Shown piece by piece: positions 46,901-57,795 of a stretch of 64,000 nt of DNA. The position numbers and the translations under genes are program-made. The notes below the pieces were generated by a model that saw nothing but the letters and a program-made list of their open reading frames with translations, ran no database searches and was not told the origin of the DNA. Source of the DNA: Bigelowiella natans CCMP2755 (Eukaryota; Protista; Cercozoa); assembly GCA_000320545.1 (NCBI GenBank), contig ADNK01003343.1, forward strand, positions 1 to 64,000. The letters run 5' to 3'. Each line of letters starts with the position of its first letter. Within the stretch, counting starts at the first letter, position 1.

Positions 46901-48398
46901 CAACGTGAAAACGGCAGGACCTCGTGGTCAGTCAAACAGACCTGTGCAACCTCTGAATGGGCGCACCGTATCCCTTGGTTACACTGCCGCAGGGCCTCCT
47001 GTCGGCAGCCCCGCTCCAGGAGGCGCTTCCCCACAAATAACCAGCGACCAAGGTGTTCTCACATTGAAGCAGCCAACGACAACTACGGACTGGAACTACA
47101 AGTCGGATAAGGGCCCCGCTTTGTGGCACAGTCTGGGTTGGCCAATTTGCCTTAGTGGTACGCGCCAGTCACCTATCAACATCATCGAGTCCGAAGCTGT
47201 TGGTGGGGTTCCCACACCCATCACTTGGCAATATGGGGCTACTGCTGTTGATATTAGCAACAACGGGAAGACTCTCGTAATGAACAACGTGGCTGCCAAC
47301 AAGATGCAGGTTGGGGGCACGAACTATTCCATGTACAACATCCACTTCCACCACACTTCGGAGCACTTGTTCAACGGCGGCGGGTTTGATGCCGAAATTC
47401 ACTTTGTGCACACTGATGCGACGGGAGGGCTGGCTGTTCTAGGAGTTATGGTCATTGAGGGCGCAGCAAATCCTGGATTCCCTGCGGATCTTCGCAAATT
47501 CAAGCAGATGCTGCCAGGCACCACAGGATCGACGCACACCTTCACTTCAATCACGGTTAACCCCGCTCTCATGTTCCCCACGGATAAAACCTTCTACAAT
47601 TACCAAGGATCTCTCACAACACCTCCATGCTCTGAGGGAGTAAACTGGCACGTATTCAAACAGCCCATCACAATGTCCAGGGACCAGCTCAATATCCTCA
47701 TCAAGGCTCTCCGTGGGCTGGAGAAGGCAAGTAAGTTCGGCAACACCAACCGTCCCGTCATGCCTCTCAACGGCCGCATCGTCACAGTTGGATATCCAAA
47801 CGGTGATATTACAACCGGAGCAAGTACTGTTGTTGCTAACATCAAATTCGGCTTCGAATACTACCAGGCCAGCCCAGCGGCGCAAACGGGTTTCACCTTC
47901 ACTTTGATTGAACACGTCGCTTCCTTCCTCTCTGTGGCTAAGTCGGGAGTCAAAGTTACGAATTTAGTTCAGAGGGGATCTGGAACAGTAGTAACCTTAT
48001 CGATGCAAGTCACCTTCAATCGTGTACCAGCTGTCAAAACCGCACTCAAGACCGCTTTCACAGCAGCGAATGGCTGGGATATAACTGCATATGGCGCAGC
48101 AGATGTCAATTATGACACTAAATCGACAGATAAAGATGATGAGAAACTTTCTGATGACACCATCGCCGTCGTTACGGTCCTGGTCGTGATGTTCGTCATA
48201 CTCATCGCAGCCAACTTCCTCTTCTGGTACTGCCTCCTGAAGGGCGGTCAACAGAATCAGAAGATTGTGATTTACAAGAACAAGAACAAGGCTGCTAAAG
48301 AACCAGTGGAATTGAAGGGAAACATTACAGGTTCTATGGGAATGCTGGAACAAGGTGGATCCATCATTGAGAACCAGGCTCTTTCGGTACCTTTCTAA
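43943..48398 (+). CDS. Type I membrane protein with four tandem alpha-carbonic anhydrase domains
   Basis: Signal peptide MQRALTLLACGLATVSA. Four sets of QSPI(D/N)I, HxH..SEH, E(I/M)HFVH, GSLTTPPC and NRPV(Q/M)PLN. TM segment IAVVTVLVVMFVILIAANFLFWYCLL and a short tail. Introns ~44117-44174, 44298-44359, 44486-44785, 45185-45339. Confidence 0.95.
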
Positions 48399-48839
48399 CA
48401 CAATAATAAATACACACACTACACATTAAATTATGTCATTGGTGTCGAAAGTACAAATAATACTCCGGGTACGTCGAAATCATACACCAAGCCCCATTCT
48501 AATTTTTCCACTGCAAATTTTCCTCTTTGTTTTCCTTGATTCAGGCTGTGCAGAAATCAATCTAAACGCTCATGGAAAACCGATGGAAACGTTATGACGT
48601 TCGTACCGCCTTCGTGTGATGAATTTTGTATTCTGTGGTGCATGCAATGGTCAAAAAAATTGTCTTAAAAGACAATAACACTGCTGCACACAGATGAATG
48701 TTGCATCGAATCCACATAATTGTTCGGCGCTGGTGCACCACCTGTGGGTCCCATGAGCATGTTTGCAAGCAAAGCAGAGCATGATTGCAATGTGTGATGG
48801 CAACCTTAACAGTGCTCAACAAAGGCATGCATACATGCA

Positions 48840-49319
48840 CGCAGTCATCGTCGCATGACGTGCTGTGGCGTTTGCTGCACAGTGTTCATGTGCACACCTC
48901 ACCGACATGCTGCATCAATGCACAGCTGATGCTGCTGTGTCTAGGTGTCATGTGTCCAATGAATGCATGCACGAGCACTTGTTGCAAGCACCAATTTTGT
49001 CGATTGTGACCCACCACCTGTTCCGTCAAGCAATCGTGCGCATGCAGTCTCACCTGCTTCCATCAGCGAGCAGAAATCAAGTCAGATGAAAAGCTGAGGC
49101 ACAGCTGTTAGACGGATTGCCAGATTGGAAGTGATTGCTAAACGAAGAAGTGCAGCAGCACACTGGTGATCGACATGCCATGCATGCAGTCAGGTGCACG
49201 CAGCAAGCGCGAGCAATCATGCGCACGTGCAGGGGCACTGCAAGAAAGCACATTGCTGCTTGCGCGCACGCACGCACAAGCACAGCATGCTGCGGCCGTG
49301 ACAACACAATGATGCAGCG
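48840..49319. other. TpA-depleted island 3, left part (split by Copia)
   Basis: 3 TA (CTAG, TTAG, CTAA) in 480 bp. Depletion grades in from ~48640. Confidence 0.85.
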
Positions 49320-49468
49320 TTTTAGCGGGCTTGCGGTAGCTGCTTAGCTTTTGTGCGCGGGACTGTGCTGATGTCACTGAGTGTCAACACGCGGTCCTGT
49401 GTGCGTTTGAATTGTGTTGATGACTTGTGACTTGCGCTGCATGCATGTGCGCATTGGGTTCCGGCGCA

Positions 49469-49640
49469 TTCGCGAAGATTCTCGAATCTTCCAGAATTCT
49501 CTCGAATTCTCTGGAAGATTCTCGAAGCTTCCGGAATGCTCTCGAAGATTCTGGAAGATTCTCGAATCTTCCGGAATGTTCTCGAAGCTTCTGGAAGATT
49601 CTCGAAGCTTCTCGAAGATTCCCGAAGTTCTGAGAACTTC
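49469..49640. promoter_or_regulatory. Heat-shock-element-like array (TTCnnGAAnn)x16 in 3' LTR
   Basis: In-phase 10-bp periodic alternating nTTCn/nGAAn pentamers. Confidence 0.75.
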
Positions 49641-50794
49641 CATGCGCATGTGCGCAGCGCAGCGTGCAGCACGAGTGGACGTGCGCATGCTGCGACAGCT
49701 CCTTGATCGTGGGTGGCGCGGCCAGACCGCTGACACGCCCCCATGGACGTGGTGACCACGATCAGAGTGCTGATGTGCACGTGCCATTTCTGCCATGGTG
49801 ACAGAACTTTTGCACGGTGCTGCACATGGACGCCATTCCCAAAGGTTTCGGAGTCCGAATGGTTGGCAAAATTTTGCCGACCAAACATCGCACCACCAGA
49901 CGCCTGAAACTCTGTGCAGAGGCACAAAATTCCCAGGCTTGCAACTGGGCAAGGTGCCATGGGCATGGTGCACTCCGAAATCGGCAGGAAAAATTCTTGC
50001 CTGACTGGGCAAGGTGCCACCATTTCGGTACGAACTGGGACTTGTCCAAAAAATTAATTTTTTAAACGACACCAGTGTGCTTCCAGAAAAAATTCTGGAA
50101 TCCCTCACGTGCTTCCAGAAAACATTCTGGAACATTCTGGAACATTCTGGAACACCGATCTGGTTTCCCATAGTCAGGTCCCCAAATTTAGGAACTTCGA
50201 TCGACCGTGCTTTTAACTCTTCACCTTGCCCCACCTCTTGTGATGAGGCGAGCTACGTACACGTCCACGTCCCCCAATGGAGCTCTTCCCTGAGAGACGA
50301 AATTGCGGGCTGGGCTCCAAATACTGTTGGCTGGCTGGGTTGCAGCCATGCCAGATCGAGAAGGAATGCCGAAGAGAATACAGTCTGCCTTCGTGGGTCT
50401 GAAGGCATCATACTCTGGTCATAGCGACATTGTTCTTCCACACCTCCACACAGGGAAGGCAGTTTTTTTCTGTCTTATTTATTTTTAATTTCGTAGGTAT
50501 CTCGTAGTATATAGCCTTATATCTTGTTCTTGTTTTGTAGGTATCCTGTCTTTGTTCCACATTCGCCCCCATGATTGTGCAGTGTCTGGAAGACAGACAC
50601 TGTGCAATTATATAATCCATAGCGTAATTTACATTCGCCCCCATCGGAGCTGTGCACATAGCTGTGCATATAGTCCATAGTAAGATACGCAAGGAAAGGT
50701 ACACACATATAAAGATGTGTGCCATTAAAACCTTGCAGCCTATATGTTCATATGTTGTAGGTTTCTAGATGGACGTGGGGCTTTTATAGGGCGT

Positions 50795-53700
50795 CTAAGC
50801 GGACGTGGGGCCGACAAGGCGAGGGAGCTTGTAAGGTAGAGCCTTTGTTGTTATTTTTCTTTTTCTGGTGCCTTGTAGCATGATGGTTAGTTTTTCTCTG
50901 TATGATATAGGGAACAAGAAATCACAGTGTTTCTTGTTGCTAGGTCCTGGTAGAGCCTTGGTAAGTATATCAGCGGGATTGTCCTCCCCAGGTATTTTGT
51001 TTATGCAGATCTGCTTGGTTTGATAGTTATCACGAACATTGTGATATTCTATCCTTATGTTCTTGCCTTTCTGTGTGAATCCAGGCTTGGCTGCAATGGA
51101 GATAGCTGCTTGAGAGTCACAATACACAGGTACAGGGTTCGGTATTTTCATTTTTAACTCCTGTAGTAACTGAGTGACATACACTAACTCTCTGCATATA
51201 TCTGATAATGCTATGTACTCAGCCTCGCCACTGGACATAGCAACGACCTTTTGCTTGTTGCTCTTCCAGACAACAGGTGCGTTGCTTAGCGATATGAAAT
51301 ATCCTGAATATGATTTACCCGTTTTCTTGCAGGTCTTCCAGGAAGCATCGACGTAGGCTTTAAGCTCAGGTTTGGACGCTGCTTTAAAGGTAATTCTTTT
51401 GTCCTTTGTGTTGACCAGATATTGTAGTAAGCGCACTGCAGCGATGTAGTGTATAGTTCTAGGATCTTGACTGTAGGAAGCTAGACGAGATAGAGTGTAG
51501 CAGATGTCTGGCCTAGTAGCCACCGCTGCATACATTGCTGCTCCTATGATGGATCTGTATGCCTTCTGATCTACTTTTTCATGTTCCACGTATTCGTCTA
51601 ACTTTGATCCTGTTATCATTGGTGTTTTTGCTCTTTTCGTAGGCGTGATATCATACTTCTGGGCGAGTCTGGTGAGGTAATCTTCCTGCGATATCCAATA
51701 GTTTCCCTCATTGTCGCTACCAACTCTTATGCCCAGTGTTTTCTTTAGCTCGCCTTCATCGCGAAACTCAAACTTGTCGCCTATTCGCTTCATGACAAAG
51801 TCCAGGTCTTTCTTATCTTGATATGCTATGCATATGTCATCCACGAAACATGACAATATGATGATTCTTCCTTGTCTGTGCATTATCATTAGGCAAGGAT
51901 CGGAGTAAAGCTGGACGAAGCCAATGGCGTTGAGATGCTCGAGCAAGGTAAGGCTGAATATTGCACTTGCTTGTGTCAGCCCATAAATGCTTTTATTTAC
52001 CAGTAGGGCTAGTGGAAGGCCACTGTTGTATAGCCGGATTTCATCAGGTGTCTTCGGCTTCCACCCTTTAGGTATTTCCATGTATACTTTACAGTCCATC
52101 TTTCCAGTTAGGAAAGCTGTAAGTATATCTATCCCGTGTAGTTTTAGCTTGAGGATAGATGCTATGGCTAACATTATCCGAAAACTATTTAGGGACAACG
52201 TCGGGGAATAAGAGAAGAAGGAGTCTTCTCCCGGGATCTGCGTGAACCCTCGCGCGACCAGCCTTGACTTATACCGAATGGTATAGTCTACATTTATTTT
52301 CTTCTTGAATACCCATTTAGATGTAACGAAATTTGTATCCTTAGGTCGCACTACCAGCGTAAACGTTCCAAGTTTTCGAAGCTGGTGCAGTTCCTCTTCC
52401 GTAGAAGGTATCCAATGCTTCTTATCATCTCCTGTGATTGCATCGTCATACGTCTTAGGAAGGTCCTCGATCTCATGTACTGATGGAGCTTTTATATTCA
52501 TCAGGCGGTCGTAATAGCTACCAAGTATTCCGTAACGAATACCAGGTACTCCCCTATTTTCTCTATTCGACCTTCGAGGCTTACTTTTTGCTTTTGTTTC
52601 AGGCCCACCATCCTCTGGCAACTCGTCAGTTGCACTGGATGGTTCGGGGGCGTCCGCGTCGGCAGGACCTTCTGGATAAAGGTACGCCAAAGCCGAATCA
52701 CTAACTTTGTTTCTCTTCAGCGAAGGAAACTTAAACACTGTGTGGTACCATTTAGTTACACGGACTCTTTTAATTTTCAGCGTCTTCGTGGCGACGAGAA
52801 AAGTACCAAATCTATCGTCATATCCCAACATACGTACGTATTCACCTCTAGCACCCATACCACCTGCAGGTCGGAGTTCCTTGTCAATGTGGTTTACTCC
52901 GATGCATCCCCAGGTAGTTAGATTCTTTAGATTTGGTTGCTCATGGTGCAGTAGTTCTTTAGGCGTTTTTCTACCAGGTGTGCTGCGATGTGAGGTGACG
53001 TTGTGGAGATATGCTGCAGTCTGAGCTGCGTAGGACCAGTATCCGACCGGTAAGCGTGCATGTTCTAACATAGCTCTTGTTTTCGCCATGATAGTCTGTA
53101 TGTGACGCTCGGACATTCCATTTTGCTCAGGTGTTCGGGCGGTGCTAGGAACCCATTTTATTCCTTCGGAGGTGAGCCAGCTATGTAGCTTTGCGCTCAT
53201 ATATTCACCTCCACCATCCGATCTGAATTCGTCTATGCTTCCACAACCTGGAAGCTTTCTGATGTGCTTTATGAACTGTATGGTTTTCTGCGTAACTTCG
53301 CTTTTCTTTCTCAAGAGCTCCAAGGTAACCCACCTTGTTCCTTCATGTACGAATATTACGAAATACTTGTAACCATCCATGCTGTTAGGCATGGTCTTTA
53401 CATCAGAGTGAATTCTATTCCACATCCGGTTTTTCTTGTGGATAACAGGTACACATTTTTGTTTCTTTTTGACAGCATCGTTCTCAATCTTTGCTTTATT
53501 CCGATGCTGTTTCATCCTTTCTTGGGCGCTTAGATCAAAGATCGGAGATCTTTTTGTTTTGGCTACATCACAGGCCTTGCAAAAGATCTTCTTTGGTATC
53601 TTTATCATCTTGGAATAAGGTAGACCTTCTGTAACTGCATAGGTGTCTCTTATCTTATCCGTTGCGATGTGCCCTAGGATGTTATGTGCGTGCTTGATTG

Positions 53701-55237
53701 GAGATGGCTGCTTCATAGGGTAGGATTTAAATCTTTGTGTATTTGTACTTTTGTTTATTTGTTTATATCTCAAATAAAATAGGCCGTCGTCTTGAAAGTC
53801 TCCGAACGCGTATTCCTCTCCGTTGGCGGTAATGCTTATTCCTTGTTTTGTCCCTTTGTACTCGCTGCCACTCTTGACTAGTCTGTTTAGAGAGATCACA
53901 TTGCCTGCAGCTTCTTCAGAGTACAAAGCTCCTTGTAGAACAATTTTGTGCATCTTTCCTTGCTTGTTTTTTGTAGTTAGTTTGACGTCGCCTGCATAAT
54001 TCACAAAGAATCCTGTCCCATCTTTGCCAACTTCTGTGTATCGTGGTTGAATAGGTTTCAACTCGTTGAAGAAGTCGCGGTCGCAGAAGAAGTGGTTGTT
54101 GGCTCCGCTGTCGAGAAGGATCAAAGGCTTATGGTTGTACTTCAGCGTGTGCAGGTAAGAATTGTCGCGTGCCATCTTATTAATGTAAGAGGGTCTTTGG
54201 GAAGGGGAGCCATGATCTATAAAAGAATAGTGTTTTCCTTTGTTCTGCTTGCCTTCGTCTCTCATCTTGTTTCTGCATTCCTTTTCCCAATGTCCTTTCT
54301 TGCCACAGTAATGGCATTTTGTTCTTTTCTTTAAGTTCAAGAAATAGTCTTCTCTCTTTTGCTTCTTGGAATTGTCTTGATATGCTTCGCTGTTGTATCT
54401 GTTCTTTCCTTTGTTGAATTTCCTCTTGTAGGTCTTCAGCTGACCCGTAAGTTCATTTAGCCTTTTCTCCAAGCCATCGTACATCTTCACGTATTTGTGT
54501 TCTGCACTGGTGTGTCCTGCATGTTTCTTTGAAGGTTTCTGCCCGTCATCTAACGATCGGGAGTTCATGTGGGAGCGGATCATGTCCACTGCAGAGTCGA
54601 AGGTAAAATCTTTCTTGTTGTTAATGACTGTTACTATAGTCTCGTATTTTTCTCTAGGTACAAGTCCTCGAAGTAGAGTGGTAAGAGCTTGATTGTCGGA
54701 GTATCCTTCGTGCTGTGCTCGAAGTCTTCTGATCGTCGAGTCAAGGTCAGAATGATACTTCGTGAAGTCTCCATTGTACTGACCCATGTTTATATCACTT
54801 AGCTTCGAATAAAGTTTCCTGACGGCTACAGGATTGGTAGGCTCGTACTTCTCCAGCAAGGCTGCTAAGGTAACTGCTACGTCTTTGGGTTTTCCTTCGA
54901 GTAGATCGAAGAATTTATCAGGAAGGGTAGCAGTGAGGAAGAATCTTCCTCTCTTTCTTTTGTTTATCTTTTCTTGTGATCCTCTTCCTTCGGGTTTAGG
55001 GTTGAGGATGTCGAATTGCTCCTGAGAGAGCTTGAGTACTTCTCGTCGGTGAGCGGGGTCGGTGCGTACATTGACTTCTGTCACCTTTCCTTCTGTTTCT
55101 ATGTTGACATTGAAGCATGATTCCAAATCCGCTGCTTCAAAGGCGGACATTAGCTTGTACATGTAGGGCTTGTAGTTGCTACCATCGTACTTGAGGGTGA
55201 AGTTTTTCAGCAGGGAGTCTATCTGCTTTTCTGACAT
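50795..55237 (-). CDS. Copia Gag-Pol polyprotein (1480 aa)
   Basis: CHYCGKKGHWEKEC; LLDSGA; HNILGH...CKAC; HSD, SDGGGEY, QNGMSER; YKSRLVARGF; CFVDD; YVDASW; NPADILTK. Order PR-IN-RT-RH. Confidence 0.97.
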   Translation of the reverse strand: MSEKQIDSLLKNFTLKYDGSNYKPYMYKLMSAFEAADLESCFNVNIETEGKVTEVNVRTDPAHRREVLKLSQEQFDILNPKPEGRGSQEKINKRKRGRFFLTATLPDKFFDLLEGKPKDVAVTLAALLEKYEPTNPVAVRKLYSKLSDINMGQYNGDFTKYHSDLDSTIRRLRAQHEGYSDNQALTTLLRGLVPREKYETIVTVINNKKDFTFDSAVDMIRSHMNSRSLDDGQKPSKKHAGHTSAEHKYVKMYDGLEKRLNELTGQLKTYKRKFNKGKNRYNSEAYQDNSKKQKREDYFLNLKKRTKCHYCGKKGHWEKECRNKMRDEGKQNKGKHYSFIDHGSPSQRPSYINKMARDNSYLHTLKYNHKPLILLDSGANNHFFCDRDFFNELKPIQPRYTEVGKDGTGFFVNYAGDVKLTTKNKQGKMHKIVLQGALYSEEAAGNVISLNRLVKSGSEYKGTKQGISITANGEEYAFGDFQDDGLFYLRYKQINKSTNTQRFKSYPMKQPSPIKHAHNILGHIATDKIRDTYAVTEGLPYSKMIKIPKKIFCKACDVAKTKRSPIFDLSAQERMKQHRNKAKIENDAVKKKQKCVPVIHKKNRMWNRIHSDVKTMPNSMDGYKYFVIFVHEGTRWVTLELLRKKSEVTQKTIQFIKHIRKLPGCGSIDEFRSDGGGEYMSAKLHSWLTSEGIKWVPSTARTPEQNGMSERHIQTIMAKTRAMLEHARLPVGYWSYAAQTAAYLHNVTSHRSTPGRKTPKELLHHEQPNLKNLTTWGCIGVNHIDKELRPAGGMGARGEYVRMLGYDDRFGTFLVATKTLKIKRVRVTKWYHTVFKFPSLKRNKVSDSALAYLYPEGPADADAPEPSSATDELPEDGGPETKAKSKPRRSNRENRGVPGIRYGILGSYYDRLMNIKAPSVHEIEDLPKTYDDAITGDDKKHWIPSTEEELHQLRKLGTFTLVVRPKDTNFVTSKWVFKKKINVDYTIRYKSRLVARGFTQIPGEDSFFSYSPTLSLNSFRIMLAIASILKLKLHGIDILTAFLTGKMDCKVYMEIPKGWKPKTPDEIRLYNSGLPLALLVNKSIYGLTQASAIFSLTLLEHLNAIGFVQLYSDPCLMIMHRQGRIIILSCFVDDICIAYQDKKDLDFVMKRIGDKFEFRDEGELKKTLGIRVGSDNEGNYWISQEDYLTRLAQKYDITPTKRAKTPMITGSKLDEYVEHEKVDQKAYRSIIGAAMYAAVATRPDICYTLSRLASYSQDPRTIHYIAAVRLLQYLVNTKDKRITFKAASKPELKAYVDASWKTCKKTGKSYSGYFISLSNAPVVWKSNKQKVVAMSSGEAEYIALSDICRELVYVTQLLQELKMKIPNPVPVYCDSQAAISIAAKPGFTQKGKNIRIEYHNVRDNYQTKQICINKIPGEDNPADILTKALPGPSNKKHCDFLFPISYREKLTIMLQGTRKRKITTKALPYKLPRLVGPTSA

Positions 55238-55410
55238 GTTGTTTCGTTCCTGTTTTCTTTGTTTTCAGTGCTTTGGAGGCTTGACCGAAGATTGGCTGAG
55301 GGAATGCTGTTGTCGCTTTCAGTTCCTTCTTCTGGAAGGATGTAGCTGAAGGGGGGGGGTGGGGGGTTTGCTTGGTTCTTTTCTTTGTTGGTTCTCTAGC
55401 AAGTCCTCTT

Positions 55411-55423
55411 GAGGCTCATAACC
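55411..55423 (-). promoter_or_regulatory. Primer-binding site complementary to the anticodon arm of initiator tRNA-Met (half-tRNA priming)
   Basis: The + strand reads GGCTCATAACC, the tRNA-iMet anticodon loop, and directly abuts the 5' LTR. Confidence 0.85.
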
Positions 55424-55572
55424 TTTTAGCGGGCTTGCGGTAGCTGCTTAGCTTTTGTGCGCGGGACTGTGCTGATGTCACTGAGTGTCAACACGCGGTC
55501 CTGTGTGCGTTTGAATTGTGTTGATGACTTGTGACTTGCGCTGCATGCATGTGCGCATTGGGTTCCGGCGCA

Positions 55573-55744
55573 TTCGCGAAGATTCTCGAATCTTCCAGAA
55601 TTCTCTCGAATTCTCTGGAAGATTCTCGAAGCTTCCGGAATGCTCTCGAAGATTCTGGAAGATTCTCGAATCTTCCGGAATGTTCTCGAAGCTTCTGGAA
55701 GATTCTCGAAGCTTCTCGAAGATTCCCGAAGTTCTGAGAACTTC
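55573..55744. promoter_or_regulatory. Heat-shock-element-like array in 5' LTR (U3)
   Basis: Same array as 49469-49640. Confidence 0.75.
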
Positions 55745-55839
55745 CATGCGCATGTGCGCAGCGCAGCGTGCAGCACGAGTGGACGTGCGCATGCTGCGAC
55801 AGCTCCTTGATCGTGGGTGGCGCGGCCAGACCGCTGACA

Positions 55840-57105
55840 CAGCGGAATTCAGAGATCAATTGAAGCCCTGTTGAACGAATTGACAAACTTGGCTCAGATG
55901 CATGCGCCACGCAGTCACAATTGCCAGTTTCGACTCCCCACCAACCTCTCTGGAGGGCCATGGATCTGGGGTAGTTGGACTGTCGCACAAATTGGAGATC
56001 AATTTGTGTGCGCGCACAGAGAACGCACGCTGCACATGCAAGATGGTTAGGTTGTATGTTTTCACGTTGCGGAGCTTGGGATCCAGTTGTCGCAGTTTGG
56101 GGGAAATCCCCCCAATCCTCTCGTCTACGCTGCGGCGGCACCATGCCCAGATGCCGCGGTTCGATTTGCATCGGTCGAGGCGCGCAGAGGTCTCGTCCAA
56201 GCTTGCGATGAGACGAACGCAACGTCTTCTTTCGTGAGGACTTTGTGGCCATTGCTCTGCTGTGTGCATGGCTGAGTGAGCAATTCACGAACAAAGTGAA
56301 ATGCAATGCAAAGCTCAAATGAATGAACAACAAACGAACGAACAAAAGGTCCAAAGAAGGTGCAGCTTGTGCATTGCAGCGCACTGAAATGGCAATGTTG
56401 ACAAAACAATGCCAACCATGCACCAAAAGTGTGAAACCAACAAACACGGGGTTTGCGGTCCAAAAATGTGATGATGAATTGGGAATGACGTGGCAATTGG
56501 TGCAGTGACATGGACTCACACACGCCCACCCTCCCCCACAGCAAACGAGGCCAGGTTGAATGAATGAAGCATTTTCAATGTTTGTTTGAAAGCATCATCG
56601 GACATGAATGAATGAATGAATGAATGAATGAATGAATGAAACAGTTCAAGGGAGCGGTTGAAAGGGTGACAGGCTTGTGCTCTCACGAATGAATGATTGA
56701 AGCGGTTCCACAGGAGCAGAAGCGAGGACCATGGGTCACACCAACTCATCCGTGACCTCTAGACTTCTCCAATCACCTGGACCTCCAGGGAAAGTTGAGG
56801 GTTCGTTTCACATCCGCCGGCCACGCCACTTGGACGGATCGATGACCTGGCTGGCAGGGCAAGGCCCCAGAAAGGACAATCAGAACAGCGGCGCGTCCCC
56901 CCACATGCAGCCCCAACGTGCATTCTGTTGCAAAGATTCCAATGGACGAAGAGTTGGAGCGCACCTGAGGCATGAGACCAACAAACAGAAAGAAAGAAAG
57001 AAAGAACGTGATGATTGACTGCATTTCCAAAAAGTCTCACGTTCCCCGTTCCCCCAACTTGGCGTCACTGTTCCTTCAAAATTTTTGCAATTTTGCATCT
57101 GCGAC
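55840..57105. other. TpA-depleted island 3, right part
   Basis: About 5 TA in 1265 bp. Contains (GAAT)n at ~56605-56640. TA returns abruptly at ~57108. Confidence 0.88.
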
Positions 57106-57400
57106 ATTACTAGATATCCTAGATATCCTGGATATTCAGATACGAGTACCGGTAAATAATGCACATATCTCAATCTAACTACGTTTCCAGAAAGAGAATG
57201 GCCTGCAACCAGCGATAGTTTCAGCTCAAACACGCTGCGTCTTTGCCAAATTCCAGTGGGTGGCAAAAGTGCCAAGAGAAATCGGTAAATTCTTGGGAGA
57301 ATATGGCTGTTTTTGGAAAAATTCCCCTGCAATTCGAAATGGCTGGGCATCCGTAACCGCCTCTCCATTCAAATCAAACTCACACCTCGAGCTCCCCATC

Positions 57401-57760
57401 ATGGGTGAGGTTTCCCTGCAAAACCTTGGGAGCGAGGAGGTGAAATCCCAGCAGGGAATCGTCGTGGGGCTGGTTCACACTGAATCTATAACTGATGAGG
57501 AAAAGAAAGTATCATCGCAGGAAAGTGATGACGAAGGAGATGAGGATGAGAGACTTGAGATGCAAACGTCAACCGTCTCACAGCACCTGCGCTCTATCAT
57601 CAACATCAAGTCCAAATACGAAAGAGAGGGCTACTTCATCATGGGAATTTTGCTTGCTTTGTTTATATTCTTCACAACTCAACTCCTTATCCAAGCTGTC
57701 AAAGACAGGCGAGACACTGTGACTTCCATCAGTTCACAGTCTGTCGTTGGTAACCACGCG

Positions 57761-57795
<35 letters not shown>

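Larger units (their letters stand above)
49320..55839 (-). mobile_element. Ty1/Copia LTR retrotransposon, full length (6520 bp)
   Basis: 416-bp LTRs at 49320-49735 and 55424-55839, no differences seen. 5-bp TSD CAGCG at 49315-49319 and 55840-55844. PBS GGTTATGAGCC, G-tract PPT, intact ORF. Confidence 0.97.

Noticed and set aside
49374-50234. Repetitive ORFs (ESSRIFENL...) suggesting an extra env-like gene in the Copia
   Set aside because: Translation of the 10-bp HSE array in stop-poor DNA. No TM or signal features.
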